Assembly (NCBI GenBank): GCA_039030515.1
Contig: JBCCEA010000013.1
Coordinates: 38,974 to 102,973 of the forward strand
Length of the DNA stretch: 64,000 nt
From: Myxococcota bacterium
GTDB taxonomy: Bacteria; Myxococcota_A; Polyangia; Polyangiales; Houyiibacteriaceae
Direction: 5' to 3'
Below are positions 18,229 through 25,947 of this stretch, in pieces. The translations under genes were made by a program, and so were the position numbers. The notes under the pieces are model-generated. The model worked only from the letters and a program-made list of their open reading frames with translations. It did no database searches and was not told where the DNA came from. Positions within the stretch are counted from its first letter, which is position 1, and every line of letters starts with the position of its first letter.

Positions 18229-19635
18229 TCACTCCATCCTGTAGTAATGAAAGACCCCTAAGGTGGGAACACGTCCAGCATTGGGCGGTGGCGGATTCCA
18301 TCTCGGATCGACGTTGATGACGCTGTTTAGCTCCACTGTGGTGCGGCAGTCCTTGGGGCCTTCGGGGTCCTCCGCATTGGGTCGACACCCAGCTTTTCCG
18401 ATGGAGCGAACCCAGATAATACGTGCATCTGCCACAAGTGAGTCTTGAATCTCACGTCGCTGCTCGCTGGTGAGTTCGATCGGGGTAAAGAGCAATGGAT
18501 GGTCTTCTCCCAAAAAAGAGCGGAGCATCGGATAAAGCTCCTGTTCGCTGCCTTGTCCCTGCAAGAACGTCAAGAAATCAGGGCCAGAAAAGAGAGGTAT
18601 CGGGATCATGACCCGCACTTGTTCGAGAAGCGTCACAAATTTTGCTGACTCAAGCGGATCGCTACACAAGGGCTGGTCGGTGATGAAGGAACATACGCGT
18701 GCCAAAAGCACGCTGGGCGGCGCCTCGTTGACGTTGACCGAGCCAGAACCGTAAATCGTGAACGACCGGGAGCGTGGGTTCGAAGGATCGGGCTCAATAA
18801 AGGTGGCCCAGAAGTCGTCGCTGATTCCCCTCACGAGCCGCAGTTCCCCGAGAGAATCAAACGGTGCGTTCTTGATCGAATAGGGGTCGTCTAGTCCCAA
18901 ATAGACATCGTCCTCTCTGCCGATGGAGCTGACGGTTGAGGCCCCCGGGTCAAAAGAGGTGCGCTCGGTATCGGAATCCCACCAGTCGATCATGGCGGAA
19001 ACCACATCGAGGCGACTGGTGAATTGGCCATCTCCATCGCGGCGCTCAAAAAGCGGGTCGTAAGGGCTGGGTGCCTGATAGCCACCGATCGTGGCAAAGA
19101 CCTGCATTGCGATCGAGCGGCGGGCGAGATCTCCATCCAGAAAAAGCGGATCGTTTATATTGATCTTGCTGTTTTCGGCGAACGACTGAATCTCGCACTC
19201 ACCAGGTAGATTGTCCATGCCTTCGATATTGGAGAAACTGCCGGCCTCAAATGGACGACAAAACGGCGCCAGGATCTCGTTGGATAGCTCCCAGACCGGC
19301 AGCCGAGGTGGATCTCTGCCCAGCAGCGCACGGTACAGAGGGCGGGCGACCGTGGTGATGTTGTCGGTTTGAGCGATCAGCATGCGGTTCAGGTTGAGCG
19401 CGCTTTTTGCCATGTACTCGGCCTGCAGGCGTTCTTTTTGTGCGACTGAGACTGCATGCGCCGTGCTGGTATGTTCATGCATTTCGGCCAACAGTACCGA
19501 GAGGATCGCGATGGCGGTAAGGGCGATGATCAGAGCGACGCCCTGCCGACGTTGATGTGCAGAGGCTCTTCGCTTCCGGCGACGAACTTGAGCGCGCAGC
19601 GGAACAGCGCGGTGTCTTTGACCGGGCTTTCTCAT
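18229..19635 (-). CDS. gspK: Type II secretion minor pseudopilin GspK
   Basis: RRQG|VALIIAL prepilin-type start, KININ, NAPFDSLGELRLVRGI, NVNEAP. Confidence 0.9.
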   Translation of the reverse strand: MRKPGQRHRAVPLRAQVRRRKRRASAHQRRQGVALIIALTAIAILSVLLAEMHEHTSTAHAVSVAQKERLQAEYMAKSALNLNRMLIAQTDNITTVARPLYRALLGRDPPRLPVWELSNEILAPFCRPFEAGSFSNIEGMDNLPGECEIQSFAENSKININDPLFLDGDLARRSIAMQVFATIGGYQAPSPYDPLFERRDGDGQFTSRLDVVSAMIDWWDSDTERTSFDPGASTVSSIGREDDVYLGLDDPYSIKNAPFDSLGELRLVRGISDDFWATFIEPDPSNPRSRSFTIYGSGSVNVNEAPPSVLLARVCSFITDQPLCSDPLESAKFVTLLEQVRVMIPIPLFSGPDFLTFLQGQGSEQELYPMLRSFLGEDHPLLFTPIELTSEQRREIQDSLVADARIIWVRSIGKAGCRPNAEDPEGPKDCRTTVELNSVINVDPRWNPPPPNAGRVPTLGVFHYYRME

Positions 19636-20396
19636 TGATACACCGCGTGATTTAAGGCGTGCACCATCGGTAGAACAGCTCGAGTTCCATAAGTCCGGGT
19701 CCGTTCGCGATCTTCACGGGCGGTCGGCTCGGTGACGGTGAGTAGAATCTTGACCTGCGCGGGTAGTCGGTTGGGTTGACCCGTGGTTTGAGTCGTGTCC
19801 CAGGAGTTGACCCAAAGGTTGGAAAGAGGATCGAAATAGCTAAGCTCTAATGACTCCACGCCTTCGACAAGTAGTTCGACTCTGCCGCCACGCTCTGGGT
19901 CTTCGTCGATTCTATTTTGCTCTCTGCGCGCAAGTATGTTTTGCGAGGTGTCTTCTGGATGTCGCATCACAAAGTAGCTGAGTTCATTCTGCTCTGACTC
20001 ATGCGCGTTGCGGTAGAGCCTCTGGTGCGAAAAAGAGGTGAAATCGATCCGGTCTCTTGCGCCGCGATCGGTTCCGACGAATGCGGTCCGAACGGTCTGC
20101 AGGGTAGGGTTGTCGTTCAAGTGTACGGACACAAACGCCATCGACAGCTCCCTTGCCATACGTTCTAGGGCTGAAGCGATCACGTGCTGCCGATCGATGC
20201 TGCGCTCCACGATCCTTTTGTTGCGAGTGGTCTGCGAGAATCCGCTCCAAACCATAGTGGCTACGATACTCAGAATTGAAATCGCGATCAGTGCTTCGAT
20301 CAGGGTGAGCGCCTTCGTTTTGCGTTGGGGCCTAAGCGGACTCCGACCCTTTTTTGTCAAAAGCCCCGTCCGGCTGTTGGCTCTGTACCACCTCAC
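19632..20396 (-). CDS. gspJ: Type II secretion minor pseudopilin GspJ
   Basis: KA|LTLIEALIAISI N-methylation motif, LSYFD....WVNSWD, LPAQVKI. Confidence 0.88.
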   Translation of the reverse strand: MRWYRANSRTGLLTKKGRSPLRPQRKTKALTLIEALIAISILSIVATMVWSGFSQTTRNKRIVERSIDRQHVIASALERMARELSMAFVSVHLNDNPTLQTVRTAFVGTDRGARDRIDFTSFSHQRLYRNAHESEQNELSYFVMRHPEDTSQNILARREQNRIDEDPERGGRVELLVEGVESLELSYFDPLSNLWVNSWDTTQTTGQPNRLPAQVKILLTVTEPTAREDRERTRTYGTRAVLPMVHALNHAVYQ

Positions 20397-21100
20397 TCGG
20401 CGCTCCCGCTTACTTCCTCTGGTGCGGTCGTGGTCTCTTGAGGGATCCCGGTTTGCGAAGTCGTGGTGACCTCGGAAACCGCGAACTGCACGACCTCAAA
20501 AGAGCGTTCACGTTTGCCCTCGTTCCACTTCACCTCGACCGTGACGCGGCGCACTTGCTCCTCGATACTGGGCTTGAGCAGAGGAAACGCAAAATCCATA
20601 GCGATCTGAGCAAATCCTCCACTTCCGACCGCCGAAAATGCAGCGGTGGCGGCCTCCTGGGGGTTGCTCGCCACATCGGTGAAGCCCGATCCACTCAGTA
20701 GCTCCTCACCGTCCGACCCGCCTTCGTCCTCTACTCCGAGACTGTCCGGCAAAATGATGCGTTCGATAGACCAGTCACACGTAAAACCCTCGATTTCGGC
20801 TCCCTCACAGCAGATGTCCGAATCTGAATCGTCGATCGCAGGCAAGCCTTCCGTGGAGATTTGCTCCTCGATTTCCGCCATTTTGCATCGAGCAAGTAGC
20901 GTTGCGGTGGAGGTGTGTTTGGCAATCCCAGCGGCCTTGATGGCACCCGCTTCACTCGAGAATATCGCGACCAGTGCGATGGCTAGAATCGCTACCGACA
21001 CCATGACTTCCACGAGCGTGAATCCTGCGTGGACCGCGTGTGGTTTGGCCGGTGCCGGCGCTACAGAGCCGAGCTGATGACTCAGAATCGCTTTGTGCAT
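20393..21100 (-). CDS. gspI: Type II secretion minor pseudopilin GspI
   Basis: AG|FTLVEVMVSVAIL, ATLLARCKMAEIE, VRRVTVEVKW. Confidence 0.85.
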   Translation of the reverse strand: MHKAILSHQLGSVAPAPAKPHAVHAGFTLVEVMVSVAILAIALVAIFSSEAGAIKAAGIAKHTSTATLLARCKMAEIEEQISTEGLPAIDDSDSDICCEGAEIEGFTCDWSIERIILPDSLGVEDEGGSDGEELLSGSGFTDVASNPQEAATAAFSAVGSGGFAQIAMDFAFPLLKPSIEEQVRRVTVEVKWNEGKRERSFEVVQFAVSEVTTTSQTGIPQETTTAPEEVSGSAE

Positions 21101-21900
21101 TATCCCGGGTCTTCCAGCGCCGCGGAATCGATCAGGGCTTCGGGTTCGAACGCATACGGGTAGACGGTACCCCTGCCCGTCAGGGGGTGGATCTCGATCG
21201 AGAAGATGCTGCCGCCCCGATCGGAGAGCTGCACGATCGCTCGCTCCGTACGGCCTTGAGGAAAGAAGTAGATCGAACCCTTGCCGTACTCACGAGGTTC
21301 TATTTCGTGGGGGGTAATCAGGCGTGCAAAGCGGATATGGTCTCCGATTGCGCGAGGTTTGTAGCGTTTCAGAACCTCGCCGGAGGGACCGCGCATGGGC
21401 TGGAACGGGGATGCTCCGAAGCTGGGCGTGAAGGCTTCCTCCAGACGAGCTTCTGCAACGGCCCAAGGATCTACGGCGGCGAGATCCTCCTCGTCCTCAT
21501 CGAGCTCTTGCCGGATTTCGTCGTCGCTACGTGCTAAAACGACGTGGCCCTCGGCTTCTTCAATCGAAATGTTCTGCGTCTCGAAGTCCAGCACGATACG
21601 AATCGTCTTGCCTTGAGTGACGGCCCGCGCATAGGCAAAGCGCGCAGCGGCCACCACGGTAAAGCACGACTTGCGTAAGCTGGAACGTGTCAATGCGCCT
21701 AGGCCGAGGGCGCTGCCGCTGACCGCCAGACTGAGCAGTAGGATCACGACCAAGATCTCGATCAGGGTGACTCCATGCACACGTTGTGAATCGCTTTTGA
21801 AGGATCGCGAATGCGTCTCTGCAGCGATTTCGATTTCAGCCCTCCTCGCCTCGCTCGGAACCATAGACGTCGTCCTCGCTAGGTACGCCGTCCGGTCCAT
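21100..21900 (-). CDS. gspH: Type II secretion minor pseudopilin GspH
   Basis: HG|VTLIEILVVI, ARFAYARAV, YFFPQG, HPLTGR. The start codon is uncertain because the ORF overlaps the 3' end of gspG. Confidence 0.82.
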   Translation of the reverse strand: MDRTAYLARTTSMVPSEARRAEIEIAAETHSRSFKSDSQRVHGVTLIEILVVILLLSLAVSGSALGLGALTRSSLRKSCFTVVAAARFAYARAVTQGKTIRIVLDFETQNISIEEAEGHVVLARSDDEIRQELDEDEEDLAAVDPWAVAEARLEEAFTPSFGASPFQPMRGPSGEVLKRYKPRAIGDHIRFARLITPHEIEPREYGKGSIYFFPQGRTERAIVQLSDRGGSIFSIEIHPLTGRGTVYPYAFEPEALIDSAALEDPG

Positions 21901-22312
21901 TCGAGACTACTTCGACATTGAGTCCGTTGCATTCGATACGAAAGTCATTGTCCCAAGCGTCGGTGGTACGTTTCGATCGGTCGAGTAGTCCGCTTTCGAT
22001 CAAGTCCTCGACGGTCGGGCATCCTGCTCTTGCGTTCTGAGCGATATAGATGGTCACGGCCCCCTGCAGTGCACTCGCGTCCGTTCGGGAGCTGCTTCGA
22101 CGGGCCGACTCCAGCTGTGGGAGCACGGCCACGCCGACCGCGGTGGCCATGAGCGCCATGATGATCACAACGATCATGATCTCCACCAAGGTCATCCCCT
22201 CCTGACGATCACGTTTTCGAGTGGCCCAAGGGCGCGGCGTATTCAGTTCTATCTTCATTTGGGTTGGTGATACCTGCTTTGCGTCCACTGCATTAGAGTC
22301 CAATAATTGCAT
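21836..22312 (-). CDS. gspG: Type II secretion major pseudopilin GspG
   Basis: EG|MTLVEIMIVVII, DAWDNDF, SNGPDG. Start set at ATG 22312 behind a strong GAGGGAGG RBS. Confidence 0.88.
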   Translation of the reverse strand: MQLLDSNAVDAKQVSPTQMKIELNTPRPWATRKRDRQEGMTLVEIMIVVIIMALMATAVGVAVLPQLESARRSSSRTDASALQGAVTIYIAQNARAGCPTVEDLIESGLLDRSKRTTDAWDNDFRIECNGLNVEVVSNGPDGVPSEDDVYGSERGEEG

Positions 22313-22408
22313 CGTTTCCTCCCTCAGATCGCATGGATTGCATCGCCGCAACTACTTGCTTCCGATGATGCCGTTGCCAGGATCATGAATAGTGAATCGG
22401 GAATATGT

Positions 22409-22843
22409 TCATTGAATATTGTCATCCACAAAGAACGAACCGCTAAGTCCTGACGAAACCACATCGATGCGATCTGGGTCGATGAGAGAGGGGCATCGAA
22501 GATAGAGACTGCGATTCCAACCGTCTTTGGGAATCTCCCTCAGGTAGCGCATCGAAGATCGAGGTGGCCTGATGAGCTCCGTCTCTCGCTCAGGACATCG
22601 ATCGTGGTCTGAGCGAAACTCCTCGACAGCTTTGCGGAGTTCGGCGATGGCGGTTTGACTGGCTCGGATTCTCGCTCTCCGGACTGCGGAACCATACAAG
22701 AACCAGGCAAGGCTGGAGCTCAGTAGGACGATCAACAGGATCTTCCACCTAGAGCCTCCGAGCAGTCCACTCCACTGCGGGATTCTTCTTTCCCAAGGCA
22801 GGAAGATTCCAGGTCTTTTTCCTGATTTTTTGACTGTCCGCAC
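22409..22843 (-). CDS. GspG-like (T2SSG domain) protein lacking a prepilin cleavage motif
   Basis: LRKAVEEFRSDHDRCP, YLREIPKDGWN and SSGLSG resemble the GspG globular domain. The N-terminus has a TM but no G|FTLxE. Confidence 0.7.
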   Translation of the reverse strand: MRTVKKSGKRPGIFLPWERRIPQWSGLLGGSRWKILLIVLLSSSLAWFLYGSAVRRARIRASQTAIAELRKAVEEFRSDHDRCPERETELIRPPRSSMRYLREIPKDGWNRSLYLRCPSLIDPDRIDVVSSGLSGSFFVDDNIQ

Positions 22844-22845
22844 CG

Positions 22846-24072
22846 TTATTGGGTCACAAACTGATTGATTTGAAGAAGGGGCATTAAGATCGCAAACGCG
22901 ATTCCGCCGGAGATGCCTCCCATCACCACGATGAGGAGGGGTTCGAGCAAAGAGGTCATCGCGCCGACTCGAGCATCGATCTGCTGATCGTAGGCGCTGG
23001 CGATGTGTTCCAGCATCTGTTCAAGTTGACCAGACCGCTCGCCGATCGCGATCATATGCGTCACGATCGGCGGAAAGCGCCCGCTTTGGCGCAGGGGTTT
23101 TGCGATACTCTCACCTTCACGCACGCTGGCTCGGGCGTCTTCCACCACACTCATGAGTTCGGTGTTTCCGAGTACATTTCGGGTGATCTCCATCGCTGCG
23201 AGTACCGGAACGCCGCTGGCCAAAAGCGTGGATAGGGTCCGCGCAAAGCGAGTCATCGCGACCATCAGTATGAGTCGCCCAAATAAAGGGATGCCCAGCA
23301 CAAAGCGATCCCAAGTGCTTCGCCCCTTTTCAGTTTTCTTCCACCTTCGAAAGCCCATGAAGCCAAGGACGGTGAGCAGTAGGAGGAGCCACCACCATCC
23401 GGTGAGCACCTCACTTGTGAAGATGAGAAGCGTGGTGTACCAGGGAAGGGCTTGCTCGAAGTCCGCAAAGATCGCGGTGACCTTTGGTACGACGACGGTC
23501 ATCATCACCAGGATGACAAAGAAGCTCATCACAGCCATGAACATCGGATATGCGATCGCTCCAGATACCTTGGTTCTCAGTTTGGCCTGAGACTCTAGAA
23601 AGTCGGCCAGACGACCAAGGACCACCTCGAGCATTCCTGACGCCTCTCCCGCGGCCACCATATTCACGTAGAGATCTTCGAAGATCGAAGGATGCGATCG
23701 CAGCGCGTCGGCGAAGCTGGTTCCCTCGTTTACCTTATCGCGAGTCTGAGTAAATGCGCTTTTGAGTTCGGGAGTCTCAAGTTGATCGGTCAGTGCAGTG
23801 AGTGCTTCAACAAGTGGAATTCCGGATGCAAGCAGCGTCGCAAGCTGTCTGGTCGTGAGTGCCAATTCGGTGGAGGAGACCCGTCGAAACAACTTGCCGA
23901 TATCGATGTCGCGCGCGTTTCGTTTCTGCGCCTCCGACTCTTCGAGCAGCTGGGTCACCAAGACCCCTTCGCGCTTGAGGTTCAGTTTGAGAGCCTTTGG
24001 GCTGTCAGCATCCCGCACTCCCTTGACGGTCTTCCCCTTCGCGTTGATCCCTTGCCACCGAAAGACAGCCAC
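22846..24072 (-). CDS. gspF: Type II secretion inner-membrane platform protein GspF
   Basis: TRQLATLLASGIPLVEAL, AGEASG, AYP, GERSGQL, LLEP. Confidence 0.95.
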   Translation of the reverse strand: MAVFRWQGINAKGKTVKGVRDADSPKALKLNLKREGVLVTQLLEESEAQKRNARDIDIGKLFRRVSSTELALTTRQLATLLASGIPLVEALTALTDQLETPELKSAFTQTRDKVNEGTSFADALRSHPSIFEDLYVNMVAAGEASGMLEVVLGRLADFLESQAKLRTKVSGAIAYPMFMAVMSFFVILVMMTVVVPKVTAIFADFEQALPWYTTLLIFTSEVLTGWWWLLLLLTVLGFMGFRRWKKTEKGRSTWDRFVLGIPLFGRLILMVAMTRFARTLSTLLASGVPVLAAMEITRNVLGNTELMSVVEDARASVREGESIAKPLRQSGRFPPIVTHMIAIGERSGQLEQMLEHIASAYDQQIDARVGAMTSLLEPLLIVVMGGISGGIAFAILMPLLQINQFVTQ

Positions 24073-25941
24073 TTAATCTACTTCTCCGGCTTGGGTTGCC
24101 GCCAGTACCTCTTCAAGTGATGTGACGCCTCCCATCACTTGGCGTGCTCCATCGTCTCGCAGTATGCGCATGCCTCGCTCCACCGAGATCCGCTGGATGG
24201 TCGCTGCATCGCTGTTGTTTAGAATTGCGCGCCGGATAGGCTCATCGATACGCATCAACTCAAAGATGCCGAGACGCCCGCGGTAGCCTGTATGACCACA
24301 GTGCTCGCAGCCCTTCGGTCGATAAAATGCAGGTCTGCCGTCCATCCAATGGAGGGCGCTGGTTCCGTTTGCTCCGTTAGGTTTGAGCGATGGATGCGGC
24401 TTTCCTCGTTCCGTTGAAGGCTTCGAGGACACTGACCCGATAGGGCCGGCGTCTGCTTCCTCGAGCGGGGTGAACTCTGGCAGTTCCCTCGCTGCGGTTT
24501 CCTCGATCACCCGGCCGTGCTGATCGAAGAACGTATCGAAGTCAGAGATGCCGAGCTCGCGGAAGTCTTCACCACTAGGGCGGTAGGGTTCTTTGCAGTA
24601 CTTGCATAGCTTGCGTACCAAGCGCTGGGCCAAGACCGCCAAGACTGAAGACGAGATCAAGAAGGGTTGAATGCCCATCTCGACCAGTCGGGTTACTGCA
24701 CCCGGCGCGTCATTTGTATGAAGGGTAGAAAATACGAGATGACCGGTAAGTGAAGCGTGAATGGCGATATCAGCAGTTTCCTGGTCTCGAATCTCACCCA
24801 CGAGGATCACGTCCGGATCCTGGCGTAAGAAGGAACGTAATCCGGATGCAAAGCTGAGGCCGATCTTCGAATTGACCTGCATTTGCCCAATGCCGGGGAG
24901 TTCATACTCGACCGGATCTTCGACCGTTAATATGTTTTTTTCGGGCGTATTGATCTTATTCAGACAGGCATAGAGCGTGGTGGTTTTGCCAGATCCGGTG
25001 GGTCCAGTGACCAAAATGATGCCGTTCGGGCGATGGATCAGATCCGCCATGAACTCGAGCTGTGCTACCGAGAAGCCCAGCGTGGGCAGATCCAAGAGCA
25101 CCTGTTCCTTATCGAGAAGGCGCATCACGACTCGCTCGCCCTTGGCCGTCGGTATCGTCGATACCCGGATATCGACCAGTCGACCCGCGATCTTCTTGGT
25201 AATGCGACCATCCTGCGGAAGCCGCTTTTCGGCGATATTTAAGCCTGCCTCGATTTTGACGCGGCTGACAATGGAGGGAAGAAAACCTCGGTGAGCGGTT
25301 TTTCGAGGGACGAGTCTGCCGTCGATTCGTGTTCGAACGATCACTTCCCGTTCGGTGGGTTCGATATGGATGTCTGAAGCTCGTTCTCGCACGGCGTTGT
25401 AAAATAGATTGTTGACCCAGCGAATGACCGGAGCCTCGTCGGTCATGTCGATGAGATCTTGAAGTTCGTCCTGCTCCTCTTCCTTTGCCTCGGCGAGCGC
25501 CGTTTCATCCTTACGCTCGTAGACGCGGTTGATCGCGTCGTCGACCGCTTCTGCAGGTACCGCGATCGGACGAATCCTCCGGCTCAAAAGGGCCCGCATA
25601 TCGTCTAAGGGAACCGAGTCGAGAGGGTTGGCGATCGCGACATGGACGCACTCTGCGTCTTCTCCGATGGGCAAGACGCGGTGCTGTCGGGCAAAGTTGA
25701 TCGGCACCGACTCCACCAGTTCCTCCGGGATGTTCTCGGTTGCGATCTTCGCCTGGAAGTCCATCTTGACCTCCTGGGCCAGCGCTCGGACGAGCTCCTC
25801 CGGATCGCACGTATGGGTGGCGATCAACACGTCGGCTAGAGCGACGCCTCGTTCATCAGCGGTAGAAAGAGCCTCCTCCAAACGTTCTGGCGGCAAGGCT
25901 CCGTGCCTCACCAAGATCTCGCCGACGAATCGCTGCTGCAC
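24073..25941 (-). CDS. gspE: Type II secretion ATPase GspE
   Basis: ASDIHIEP, RLPQDG, Walker A GPTGSGKT, TVEDPVE, LRQDPDVILVGEIRD, tetracysteine CKYC...CEHC, GYRGR. Confidence 0.96.
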   Translation of the reverse strand: MQQRFVGEILVRHGALPPERLEEALSTADERGVALADVLIATHTCDPEELVRALAQEVKMDFQAKIATENIPEELVESVPINFARQHRVLPIGEDAECVHVAIANPLDSVPLDDMRALLSRRIRPIAVPAEAVDDAINRVYERKDETALAEAKEEEQDELQDLIDMTDEAPVIRWVNNLFYNAVRERASDIHIEPTEREVIVRTRIDGRLVPRKTAHRGFLPSIVSRVKIEAGLNIAEKRLPQDGRITKKIAGRLVDIRVSTIPTAKGERVVMRLLDKEQVLLDLPTLGFSVAQLEFMADLIHRPNGIILVTGPTGSGKTTTLYACLNKINTPEKNILTVEDPVEYELPGIGQMQVNSKIGLSFASGLRSFLRQDPDVILVGEIRDQETADIAIHASLTGHLVFSTLHTNDAPGAVTRLVEMGIQPFLISSSVLAVLAQRLVRKLCKYCKEPYRPSGEDFRELGISDFDTFFDQHGRVIEETAARELPEFTPLEEADAGPIGSVSSKPSTERGKPHPSLKPNGANGTSALHWMDGRPAFYRPKGCEHCGHTGYRGRLGIFELMRIDEPIRRAILNNSDAATIQRISVERGMRILRDDGARQVMGGVTSLEEVLAATQAGEVD

Positions 25942-25947
25942 GGCCCG

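Noticed and set aside
18221..18388. N-terminal extension of GspL in the ORF track
   Set aside because: It overlaps gspK. The family-like start MARIVGLDI at 18220 has its own RBS.
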